64,000 nt of DNA, taken from Rikenellaceae bacterium DTU001 (GTDB lineage: Bacteria > Bacteroidota > Bacteroidia > Bacteroidales > DTU049). The DNA is taken from contig LFSZ01000043.1 of NCBI GenBank assembly GCA_001512885.1, positions 2,314 through 66,313 on the forward strand, given 5' to 3'. The translations under genes were made by a program, and so were the position numbers. Under the pieces are notes generated by a model, which was given only the letters and a program-made list of their open reading frames with translations, made no database searches and was not told the DNA's origin. Below, one piece after another: positions 9,474 through 18,602 of the stretch. Position 1 is the first letter of the stretch; every line of letters starts with the position of its first letter.

Positions 9474-9908
9474 ATGATATCATTAAGTAGTTTTAAAAAA
9501 AAAATAAAAATTATGGAAAAAATAAAAATTTTATTAGTAGATGATGATCCCGATTTTTCTGATCAAATGTTATTTTATCTAAATAAATTTGGTTATAATA
9601 CAATATATTTACCTTCGCAAAGATCAGCTGAAAGTCGTCTGAAAGATTTAAAATTTGATCTTGCTATCATAGATTTGATGATGGAAGAGGAAGATAGTGG
9701 ACTACAATTAGCTCGAAAAATCAAATCAAACTATCCAGACATACCTATTATATTACTTACTGCTATCACTAATGAAACAGGGTATTCACTTTCTAATGAA
9801 TTTGATAATTCGCCAGAATTAATGCCTATAGATAAATATTGTGAAAAAGGTATCAGGCCTGAGGTATTAAATAAAATAATCCAACAATTATTAACAAATA
9901 AAAAATAA
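9474..9908 (+). CDS. Stand-alone response-regulator receiver (CheY-like, no output domain)
   Basis: Receiver pattern KILLVDDDPDF ... DLAIIDLMM ... PIILLTA, with no additional domain. The probable true start is ATG 9513 (MEKIKILLVDDD). Confidence 0.85.
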   Translation: MISLSSFKKKIKIMEKIKILLVDDDPDFSDQMLFYLNKFGYNTIYLPSQRSAESRLKDLKFDLAIIDLMMEEEDSGLQLARKIKSNYPDIPIILLTAITNETGYSLSNEFDNSPELMPIDKYCEKGIRPEVLNKIIQQLLTNKK

Positions 9909-9913
9909 AGGTT

Positions 9914-11065
9914 ATGATATACAATATTTTAATAGTAGATGACGAAGAAGGCATTAGAATGGCAATAAAAAGAGCATTAGAAAAACATCGGATAGATTTT
10001 CCATTTTTAGATGAACCTATCAAATTATCGCTATATGAAGCAGAGAGTGCTGAGAGGGCTTTAGAAATTTTGTCTGATACTCACATGGATATTATATTAT
10101 TAGATAATAAATTGCCAGGAATGCAAGGTATCGATATTATGCCTTATCTAAATGAGCATTATCCTGATACTAAAATACTAATCATTACTTCCTTTGCCTC
10201 ATTAGATATAGCATTAGAAGCTACTAAACATGGAGCTTTTGATTTCATTCCCAAACCTTTTACTCCACAGGAACTAAAAAATGCTATCGAGATAGCTAGC
10301 AAACAAATATATCTAAATAGTATAATAAAAGATATGGATAAAGAAGCTAGAAAAATACGCTTCAAATTTCTTTCTATTTTGTCGCATGAGCTCAAAACCC
10401 CCATAACTACCCTAGAAGGATATATTTATATGATAAAAGAAAAGCAATTAGGTGATAATATAGATAATTATATGGAATTAATAGACAAAATGCTTAATAA
10501 ATTAGAAGAAATGAGAACTCTGATAATGGATCTTCTAGACTTCACTAATTTGCAAGCCGAAAGCACTATAGGAGAAAAAGAATTGTTATCATTAAAAGAA
10601 ATTATCATGTTTTCTATTGATAGTCAACGACCATTAGCTATTCAAAAATCTATAACTTTCGATATAGATATAAAAAGTCCATTAAATATTTTTGCTAGTA
10701 AAAATGAAATGGAAATATTATTTAATAATTTAATAAATAATGCAATAAAATACAATAAAAATAACGGTAAAATAATAATAAAAGGCGAAGAAAATGATAA
10801 TAATATAATAATAAAAATAAAAGATACAGGTATTGGTATCAATGAAAATGATTTACCACATATTTTTGATGAATTCTATAGAACAGTAGATGCTAAATCT
10901 CGTCGTTTATCTGGTACTGGACTGGGACTTTCTATCGTAAAAAAAATGATAGAATTGTATAATGGAACTATAGAGGTAGAGAGCAAAGTTAATGAATACA
11001 CAGAATTTACCATTATTTTACCTAAAATAGAAGATAATAAAACTAAAAATTTTATTGATAATTAA
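9914..11065 (+). CDS. Hybrid receiver-histidine kinase (N-terminal REC + HisKA + HATPase_c)
   Basis: REC pattern ILIVDDEEGIR ... DIILLDNKLPGMQG ... ILIITS ... KPF. H-box LSILSHELKTPIT. N/G boxes NNLINNAIKY, DTGIGI and GTGLGLSIV. Confidence 0.85.
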   Translation: MIYNILIVDDEEGIRMAIKRALEKHRIDFPFLDEPIKLSLYEAESAERALEILSDTHMDIILLDNKLPGMQGIDIMPYLNEHYPDTKILIITSFASLDIALEATKHGAFDFIPKPFTPQELKNAIEIASKQIYLNSIIKDMDKEARKIRFKFLSILSHELKTPITTLEGYIYMIKEKQLGDNIDNYMELIDKMLNKLEEMRTLIMDLLDFTNLQAESTIGEKELLSLKEIIMFSIDSQRPLAIQKSITFDIDIKSPLNIFASKNEMEILFNNLINNAIKYNKNNGKIIIKGEENDNNIIIKIKDTGIGINENDLPHIFDEFYRTVDAKSRRLSGTGLGLSIVKKMIELYNGTIEVESKVNEYTEFTIILPKIEDNKTKNFIDN

Positions 11066-11098
11066 AAGTCTTTTTTATTAATTATAAATTTCACTAAT

Positions 11099-11719
11099 AT
11101 GATATTACCAGAAAAAACAATAGAACGTTTAAGTAAATATAGAAGGGTATTGATAAACCTAAATTTTCAACAAAAAGATTATATCTATTCACATGAATTA
11201 GCTAATCTGATTCATATAACTCCCGAACAAGTAAGAAGGGATATGATGTTAATAGGACATAGCGGTACACTTAGAAGGGGTTATGAAGTTAAACAATTAA
11301 TAGAAAAGATAAATTCTATAATAGATGGTAACACAGTACAATATGTTACTCTAGTAGGTGTTGGTAATTTGGGACGTGCAATGCTCAATTATTTAAAAAA
11401 TAAAAATAAATATTTGCAAATAATAGCTTGCTTTGACAATGACCAGGATAAAATTAATAAAATGTGTTGTGGTATACCTTGTTATTCTATCAATGAAGCA
11501 GAAGAACAAATAAAAAAGTTAAATATAAATATTGCTATATTGACAGTCCCAACAAATGTAGCTAACGAAGTAGCTGATATTTTAATTAAGGCAGGCATTA
11601 AAGGATTATTAAATTTCACTACTATGCCTTTAAAAGTGCCATCCAACGTATATCTAGAAGAATATGATATGATAACATCTTTGGAAAAAGTTGCTTACTT
11701 TACACAATTTATTGAATAG
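11099..11719 (+). CDS. rex: Redox-sensing transcriptional repressor Rex
   Basis: N-terminal winged-helix block IPEKTIERLSKYRRVL ... SHELANLIHITPEQVRRDM, followed by the Rossmann motif VTLVGVGNLGRAMLNY. The 206-aa length is typical. Confidence 0.85.
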   Translation: MILPEKTIERLSKYRRVLINLNFQQKDYIYSHELANLIHITPEQVRRDMMLIGHSGTLRRGYEVKQLIEKINSIIDGNTVQYVTLVGVGNLGRAMLNYLKNKNKYLQIIACFDNDQDKINKMCCGIPCYSINEAEEQIKKLNINIAILTVPTNVANEVADILIKAGIKGLLNFTTMPLKVPSNVYLEEYDMITSLEKVAYFTQFIE

Positions 11720-11788
11720 AACCAAAATAATTAAAAAAAAAGTAAATGCTAAATAAATGAGTAAGTATTTTTTTTTAAAAAAATAAAA

Positions 11789-12700
11789 ATGCATATATAT
11801 TATAGCTTTGATGAAGATTTTGAAATATCTAATCCTGTTGTAACGATTGGCACTTTTGATGGTGTGCATGCTGGACACAGAGCTATATTGAAAAGATTAA
11901 ATATATTAAGTCAAAAAGTAAATGGTGAGTCTGTACTGATAACTTTTTATCCTCATCCTCGCAAAGTATTATATCCTGATACCTTAGGTAAAAATTTAAA
12001 AATGATCTGCACTCAAAATGAAAAAATACATCTATTACAAGAGACTAAATTGAATCATCTATTTATAATACATTTTACTAATGAATTTTCTAAAATTACC
12101 GCTGAGCAATTCGTTAGAAATTTTTTAGTAAATAAATTGCACGCTAGAGTCATAGTAGTTGGTTTTAATCATCATTTCGGCTACGACAAACAAGGTGACT
12201 ATGAATATTTATATGAATTACAACAATATTTTGGATTTCAAGTAGAGGAGATACCACAACAAGAGATAGAAAAAGAGACTGTATCATCTACTAGAATCAG
12301 ACAAGCTCTAAGCCAAGGATTGATACAAAAAGCTAATGCTTACTTACAATCTCATTTTCCCTTTTTCGGTGTTGTAACTGAAATAAACCCATTAGACAAT
12401 AAATTGACAAAAATAAAAATCAAAACTGATGAAATAGAAAAAATAGTACCACCGATAGGTTTATATGCTGGAGTTTTGCAAATGGATATTAAAAAAATTA
12501 AATGCTTAATAATCACAAATGAAATTGATGAGAATATCATACCATTTATTGAAATAATTTTTCAAGGTGAAATAAATATCACATTAGGAGATAATGTACG
12601 TGCATTTTTTGCAAAAGAATTACAATTATATGATAAAATAGATAATTTGCATAAGAGTATTAATGAGTATATAACATTAATAAATGAATTGATATATTAA
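11789..12700 (+). CDS. ribF: RibF-type FAD synthetase (FMN adenylyltransferase module intact; riboflavin-kinase module degenerate)
   Basis: The N-terminal motifs GTFDGVHAGH, FYPHP and SSTRIR are present. In the C-terminal half the expected GRxLGFPTAN, NIGxRPT and LRxE motifs are replaced by DNKLTKIKIK, ITNEIDE and AKELQ. Confidence 0.75.
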   Translation: MHIYYSFDEDFEISNPVVTIGTFDGVHAGHRAILKRLNILSQKVNGESVLITFYPHPRKVLYPDTLGKNLKMICTQNEKIHLLQETKLNHLFIIHFTNEFSKITAEQFVRNFLVNKLHARVIVVGFNHHFGYDKQGDYEYLYELQQYFGFQVEEIPQQEIEKETVSSTRIRQALSQGLIQKANAYLQSHFPFFGVVTEINPLDNKLTKIKIKTDEIEKIVPPIGLYAGVLQMDIKKIKCLIITNEIDENIIPFIEIIFQGEINITLGDNVRAFFAKELQLYDKIDNLHKSINEYITLINELIY

Positions 12701-12738
12701 AGATATTTATTTTTTTTAAAAAAAAAGTCCCAAAAATA

Positions 12739-13413
12739 TTATAAATTTTGAATTTCGACTTTAAAAATTTCAGAAAAAATATCTAAAATATATTTTTTTA
12801 CTTCATTTATATCTACCTCATACCCTAATTCTTTAGCTATAGATGTTACTCCTTTGCCAGTAATACCACATGGATTTATATATGAAAAGTATTTTAGATC
12901 TGTATTTACATTAAATGCAAAGCCATGCATAGTAATATTTCTAGTAATTCGAATACCGATAGAGCAGATTTTTCTAGCCTTTGGTGTATTAGGATCTAGC
13001 CATACACCTATAGAGCCGCTCATTCTATCTCCCTTTATTCCATATTTATCTAATACATTAATTATCACTTCTTCGACATTATAAACATACTGTTTGGGTC
13101 CTATTTTTAGTTTCATCAGATCGATTATCGGATAACCAACAATCTGTCCTGGTCCATGATAAGTAATGTCACCCCCTCTATCAGTTTTTACTAATTCCGC
13201 ATTAATCTTTTCTAATAATTGAGGTGAAATGAGCAAATTATCTTCTTTACCATGTTTTCCAAGGGTATAAACATGTGGGTGCTCAAGTAATATTAAATAA
13301 CCAATAAAATCAGGTTCATTTTTCTTATTGAAAACTTCATCAACTTTTTTTAATTGATACTGGTAAGCGTCATCGAATCGCTTATTACCGAGATCTACAA
13401 TTTTTATATTCAT
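12739..13413 (-). CDS. lipB: Octanoyltransferase LipB
   Basis: RGGDITYHGPGQIVGYPI, KICSIGIR and HGFAFNV are typical LipB blocks. Confidence 0.9.
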   Translation of the reverse strand: MNIKIVDLGNKRFDDAYQYQLKKVDEVFNKKNEPDFIGYLILLEHPHVYTLGKHGKEDNLLISPQLLEKINAELVKTDRGGDITYHGPGQIVGYPIIDLMKLKIGPKQYVYNVEEVIINVLDKYGIKGDRMSGSIGVWLDPNTPKARKICSIGIRITRNITMHGFAFNVNTDLKYFSYINPCGITGKGVTSIAKELGYEVDINEVKKYILDIFSEIFKVEIQNL

Positions 13414-14750
13414 AATAATTCATTTGCTATATTTGCTAATTCACTTCTTTCGCCTTTTTCTAAGGTTACATGAGCATAAATGGGATGTCCTTTTAGACGA
13501 TCTATGAGGTATGATAATCCATTACTTCGAGCATCTAAATAAGGGGTATCTATTTGTCTAATATCGCCAGTAAATATAATTTTAGTACCTTCTCCTGCTC
13601 TAGTGATGATAGTTTTTACCTCATGAGGTGTTAAATTCTGAGCTTCATCTACTATGAAGCATACATGTGAGATACTACGACCTCGAATATATGCTAACGG
13701 GGCTATTACTAGATTATCTTCTTCGAGCATCTTATCTATATTTTGCTGAAAAGCATAGTTATTATTTTGAGATTTTATGAAACGCAGATTATCATATAGT
13801 GGCTCCATATAAGGATTTATTTTACTTTTTATATCTCCTGGCAAAAATCCAATGTCTTTATTACTAAGTGGTACGATAGGTCTAGCTAAATATATTTGTT
13901 TGAAATCATCTTTAGTTTCTAAAGCGCCGGCTAAAGCTAATAAAGTTTTACCTGTACCAGCAACACCTTGCAATGTAACTAATTTAATATTAGGCGAGAC
14001 AATAGAATGAATAGAAAATACCTGCTCTGCATTTCGTGGATAAATACGTGCTGCTGGTTTTTTGACAATTTTCTCTATTACTTGTGTTAATGGATTATAA
14101 TAACCTAATACGGAGTTGCTATTATATTTTAAGATAAAATAATGATTAGGGACAGGATCAGTGATGCCTATTTCATTTGGTTCCACAAAGCCTTGTTTAT
14201 ACATCAGATCTATTATAGATTTGTCATCAATTTCTAATGTAGTTTTGCCAGTATATAATTTTTCTAAATCTTTTATTTTACCTGTTTCATAATCTTCGGC
14301 CATTATATTCAGAGCTCTTGCTTTTAATCTAAGATTTATATCTTTAGACACCAAAATCACTTTACGATCAGGAAATTCTTTTGATAGCTTTATAGCTACA
14401 TTTAAAATTCTATGATCTGGCTTGTGGCCACCAAAAATTTTATTAGCATCAGGGTCGGATCCTTCATCTAATATGACTCTAACAGAGGCCCCATTTTCTC
14501 TAAACTGTATCCATTCATTAATTGAATGATTATATGATATCTGATCTAAGATTCTTATAAATTCACGAGCTTCGAAATTAATTAATTCATTTCCTTTTTT
14601 GAAATTATCTAATTCCTCTAATACTGTTATGGGAATAGCAATAAAATTGTCATCAAAGCTATAAATAGCTTCATGATTATACAAGATGACAGATGTATCT
14701 AATACAAAAATTTTAGGAAGTGATTTTGTTTTTATATTTGGTTCACTCAT
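13410..14750 (-). CDS. PhoH-family ATPase with N-terminal PIN domain (YlaK-like)
   Basis: PIN-like N-terminus FVLDTSVIL. Walker A LQGVAGTGKT. PhoH blocks IVDEAQN and GDIRQID. Confidence 0.85.
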   Translation of the reverse strand: MSEPNIKTKSLPKIFVLDTSVILYNHEAIYSFDDNFIAIPITVLEELDNFKKGNELINFEAREFIRILDQISYNHSINEWIQFRENGASVRVILDEGSDPDANKIFGGHKPDHRILNVAIKLSKEFPDRKVILVSKDINLRLKARALNIMAEDYETGKIKDLEKLYTGKTTLEIDDKSIIDLMYKQGFVEPNEIGITDPVPNHYFILKYNSNSVLGYYNPLTQVIEKIVKKPAARIYPRNAEQVFSIHSIVSPNIKLVTLQGVAGTGKTLLALAGALETKDDFKQIYLARPIVPLSNKDIGFLPGDIKSKINPYMEPLYDNLRFIKSQNNNYAFQQNIDKMLEEDNLVIAPLAYIRGRSISHVCFIVDEAQNLTPHEVKTIITRAGEGTKIIFTGDIRQIDTPYLDARSNGLSYLIDRLKGHPIYAHVTLEKGERSELANIANELL

Positions 14751-14823
14751 TTTTTTATCAAAGATAATAATTTATTTTTTAGCCTAGCCAATTATTTTAT
14801 AATTGCAACATGTTTTTTATCAT

Positions 14824-17800
14824 CTAATAACACAATGGCAGGATAATCGTAAATTTTGTCCCCTCACCTAAAAGACTTTCTACCAATATTTTACCATTTA
14901 AGTCTTCGATTATATGCTTTACTATTGCTAAGCCTAGTCCGGTACCAGATGATTTAGTAGTGAAATTGGGTTCAAATATATTTTCTAGCATCTCATTGGC
15001 GATTCCGATACCATTATCAGAAATTATAATTATAGCATTATTATTATCTGATTTAGCATAAATGTTTATCTCTCCGCGTCTTTCATTTGATAGAGCTTGC
15101 ACGGCATTTTGCAATATATTAGTAAAAGCTCTATTTAGTCTACTCTCATCTCCTATTACTGTCAATTTATCAGATTCTAAATGAATATTAATATCATAAT
15201 CTGTACTATGAAACAGGGCAGCTAAATTTTGTAAAAGTGTTATGAGATTTACTTCCTTGCTTAATGGTTCTGGCATTTTATTAAATTGAGAAAATGCTGT
15301 TGCTATTTCAGATAATTGTTCTATTTGTTCTAGAAGTGTTGTTAAGTATTTTTCGATATCTTGTTCAAATCTTTTTTTATCTTGCTTCCATATTCTTTGC
15401 AAAAATTGAACACTTAGCTTCATAGGTGTAAGAGGATTTTTTATTTCATGAGCTACTTGTTTTGCCATTTCTCTCCAAGCTATTTCTCTTTCGTTCTGAG
15501 CCAGCTTTTCAGCTTTTTCAGCTAATTCATCTATCATTTGATTATATTGCTTTACTAATTGTCCTATCTCATCATTACTTTTGTATTCTATTTTTTCATT
15601 TTGTTTAGATAAATTTAGTGATTTTAGCCTTTTACTTATTAATTGCAAGGGTCTATTTATATATTGTGTTATTAAAAAAGTAAAAATTAGAGAAATCAAG
15701 AGTAAAATGGCATAAATATTTATAAAAGCACCTATTAGCTCACTCAATTCTCCCCGTAATTCTGTGATCTGGCTAAACATAGGTATAGACAATATGCCTA
15801 TTATATTATTACCTCTAAATACTGGCATATATGTATTGCGATATTCAAACTCACTTATTTTTTCTTTATTTGAGTAATACCAATACTTTTTCCATTTGTT
15901 TGTCCAATAAACATCTGGATTTATCAATGTTGTTAACAAATGATCGTTAAACAATGCAAATTGTGTCGTTGATAATAAAGTGCCATCTGTATTATAAAAA
16001 TGTAAATCCGAAAAGTAAGAGTATTTATATTTCCATAACAGTGAATCTATGCTGGTCGAGTTGATTTTTATATTATTTTTTACGATTTCGTCTTGTAATG
16101 ATAAGTACAATCCATAATTGCGCTCAAAACATTGTTTTTCTAATTGCCGTGAGTATGTGTTTTGTATATATTTGACAGACAAAATACCTGCTACCAAAAT
16201 GACAATAGTAATAATACTGATCAATGTGATTTGTAATCTACCCGCATAACTTCTAAAAATCTTTTTAATGTTAATACCTTTTATTAATATGTAATAAATT
16301 AAATAAAGCAATAGAATTATTATAATAAAAAATGAAAAGATACTCAACCAATTTGGTAAAGTGTGATTAGACACTAACACAATAAATCTATTATTGTCTA
16401 TTTCGCTTTTGATGGCGTATTTATCATGATATTTAAATAATTTGCCAATAGGAGCTGCATCTATTTCATTATCTACTTGTAAAGGAAAAATTGTATTACC
16501 ATAGCTCTGCATTAATGTATTATTATAGTATGTAGCATAATCTAGCTGTCCAGGGAGTAATTGCTCTTCCTCTATATTTACTAATAATTCTAAATATCCT
16601 TCTGGTCTAAAAGGTTTCTTTTTGTAAAGTTCTAAATATAATTGGTGTGGTAGCTCACTATGAAGCATGATTTTGTATAAATAGTAAGTAATATTGGCAT
16701 TAGTAATGAAATATAAATTATCTGATATGTGCTGTGCTTGCGAATACTCCACTATGCTATCATAATATTGCCAGCAATTGATTTCTAAATTATTATTTAA
16801 AAATTTATCATGACTACTACAGATGAAACCTATGATATCATACTGATCTTGAAATGAGGATAAGTAGTGATTTTTTATATGTGTCAGCCATTGCATACTG
16901 GTATCGAAGCTATTAGCATAATTCACTAAAAATCTATCAGCAGATATTTCAGTTTGGAGTTCATTTAAGTGATTTTCTAGTATCAAATCTCGCTCAGAGC
17001 TTATTTTTACAGCATTTAAGAGTAAATAATTCGAAAAACTCTGATGATGCACTCGCATAAATAAAAAACTACTAATAGCTACTATCATACCACTAAAAAT
17101 ATAAATAAAATAGCGCCTAAACGACTTCTTATTCATAGATGATAATAGGTACATTATCAGCCAAAGTAAGATCCCTAACATCGAGATAATAAGATAAAAA
17201 TTTTGATTTTTTAATAAAAAAATCAAAAAAATTGTATAAAAAGCAAAACCACTATAAACTATTTTTTTGGGTGGTTTGTGAGTTAGCATCAATCTGATCG
17301 ACCATGTCCATATGACCAGTAGGGATATAGCTAAAATTATTACAAATATAATATCCACTTTTGTAGATATCCATTCATAATAGCTATAGGGAAATTCAGT
17401 TGCATTGAATATGCGAGATAGCCAGATAAAAATATTACCAGAGAAAAATATTGAGGTTACAAAACAGAAAAGCCTTTTGTAATCATTAGGTAATAGCTTG
17501 ATAGCAATCTTGATAATTAGAGCAGCTAGCCACACTAATAAAAATGTTTTACCTATATTGTTAAAAATAAGAGATAATGCAAAAAATGAAGGATTAAAAA
17601 CATAATATTTGGTAGATAAAAAATTAGTAAGTATCCATAATAACCCGATAATCGTTAATATTAAAATTAAAAGGACAAAGATTTTATTACTAGCTTTCCA
17701 TTTATTTATCAATGCAGAAATCAAAAGATACAAACCAAATAAAAACAAAATAAAACTTAATAATGCAATGAAATTTTGAGTTTTAGTAGGCTGAATATCC

Positions 17801-18363
17801 CGAGGAATAAATTCTAAATTTTCTAAAACATTATTATTTTTATTATTTATTTTTAATTCAAAAGCTGCTAATGGGTCTATTTTTTTATTTATCTTATTTG
17901 TTAAATAATTATTTTTAATTGGATAACTTTCTTGTAATTGCCAGCTCAAAATCAATTTATAATTTTCAAACTCTTGGCTGTAACATAAAAAAATACCCCT
18001 CTCACTCTCAGCTACCCATTGCTGCGCTGTTAAATTATTAATTATAAAGTCATTAGTAGACCAATAGATCAAACTGTCTGCATCATATATCCAAACACCA
18101 GCCTTTATATTATTAATATTTTCTAACTCCTGTTGTAGACTACTCCAATCATTATTGATTATTAATTTAATGATAGCAGTATCATTTACAAAACTTTTTA
18201 GTTCATTCCATTGTTTTTCAACTTTTTTTGATAAATTATTTTTATTTATTGACTGATAAAGTGGATAAAATGTATGATTAATAGTAAATACTAAAACACT
18301 TATCAGAAGTATCCACAGGCTTAATTTTAATTTTTTATTAATTATATAATCAATTTTGATCAC
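14824..18363 (-). CDS. Large multi-pass membrane sensor histidine kinase (HAMP-like linker + HisKA + HATPase_c, NtrY-like core)
   Basis: 1179 aa with many hydrophobic helices across roughly aa 190-450 and 660-900. H-box VAHEIKNPLTPM. N/G boxes NILQNAVQA, DNGIGI and GTGLGLAIV. No adjacent response regulator. Confidence 0.8.
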   Translation of the reverse strand: MIKIDYIINKKLKLSLWILLISVLVFTINHTFYPLYQSINKNNLSKKVEKQWNELKSFVNDTAIIKLIINNDWSSLQQELENINNIKAGVWIYDADSLIYWSTNDFIINNLTAQQWVAESERGIFLCYSQEFENYKLILSWQLQESYPIKNNYLTNKINKKIDPLAAFELKINNKNNNVLENLEFIPRDIQPTKTQNFIALLSFILFLFGLYLLISALINKWKASNKIFVLLILILTIIGLLWILTNFLSTKYYVFNPSFFALSLIFNNIGKTFLLVWLAALIIKIAIKLLPNDYKRLFCFVTSIFFSGNIFIWLSRIFNATEFPYSYYEWISTKVDIIFVIILAISLLVIWTWSIRLMLTHKPPKKIVYSGFAFYTIFLIFLLKNQNFYLIISMLGILLWLIMYLLSSMNKKSFRRYFIYIFSGMIVAISSFLFMRVHHQSFSNYLLLNAVKISSERDLILENHLNELQTEISADRFLVNYANSFDTSMQWLTHIKNHYLSSFQDQYDIIGFICSSHDKFLNNNLEINCWQYYDSIVEYSQAQHISDNLYFITNANITYYLYKIMLHSELPHQLYLELYKKKPFRPEGYLELLVNIEEEQLLPGQLDYATYYNNTLMQSYGNTIFPLQVDNEIDAAPIGKLFKYHDKYAIKSEIDNNRFIVLVSNHTLPNWLSIFSFFIIIILLLYLIYYILIKGINIKKIFRSYAGRLQITLISIITIVILVAGILSVKYIQNTYSRQLEKQCFERNYGLYLSLQDEIVKNNIKINSTSIDSLLWKYKYSYFSDLHFYNTDGTLLSTTQFALFNDHLLTTLINPDVYWTNKWKKYWYYSNKEKISEFEYRNTYMPVFRGNNIIGILSIPMFSQITELRGELSELIGAFINIYAILLLISLIFTFLITQYINRPLQLISKRLKSLNLSKQNEKIEYKSNDEIGQLVKQYNQMIDELAEKAEKLAQNEREIAWREMAKQVAHEIKNPLTPMKLSVQFLQRIWKQDKKRFEQDIEKYLTTLLEQIEQLSEIATAFSQFNKMPEPLSKEVNLITLLQNLAALFHSTDYDINIHLESDKLTVIGDESRLNRAFTNILQNAVQALSNERRGEINIYAKSDNNNAIIIISDNGIGIANEMLENIFEPNFTTKSSGTGLGLAIVKHIIEDLNGKILVESLLGEGTKFTIILPLCY

Positions 18364-18602
18364 AAAAAATTTATTTAGTAAACAAATTTATTAAATTTAA
18401 ACAAAATGATTTAATTAAATGCTTCGTTAATAATATTTATAATTAGACACAGAGAATAGATGCCTATAAACAAAACTAAATACTCACTTAAAATTTTTTA
18501 TATAAACTTATTTCAGGATTAGAAACATCATTTCTCAGTTTCATACTCATACTTATTGGGTATCTAATTAATTCAATTTATTTGGATGATTTTGATTATC
18601 TA

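Noticed and set aside
12710-12726. A T8-A9 run between the convergent ribF and lipB genes, considered as a possible terminator hairpin.
   Set aside because: It is a pure A/T homopolymer palindrome with no loop and negligible stability. It is more likely compositional.
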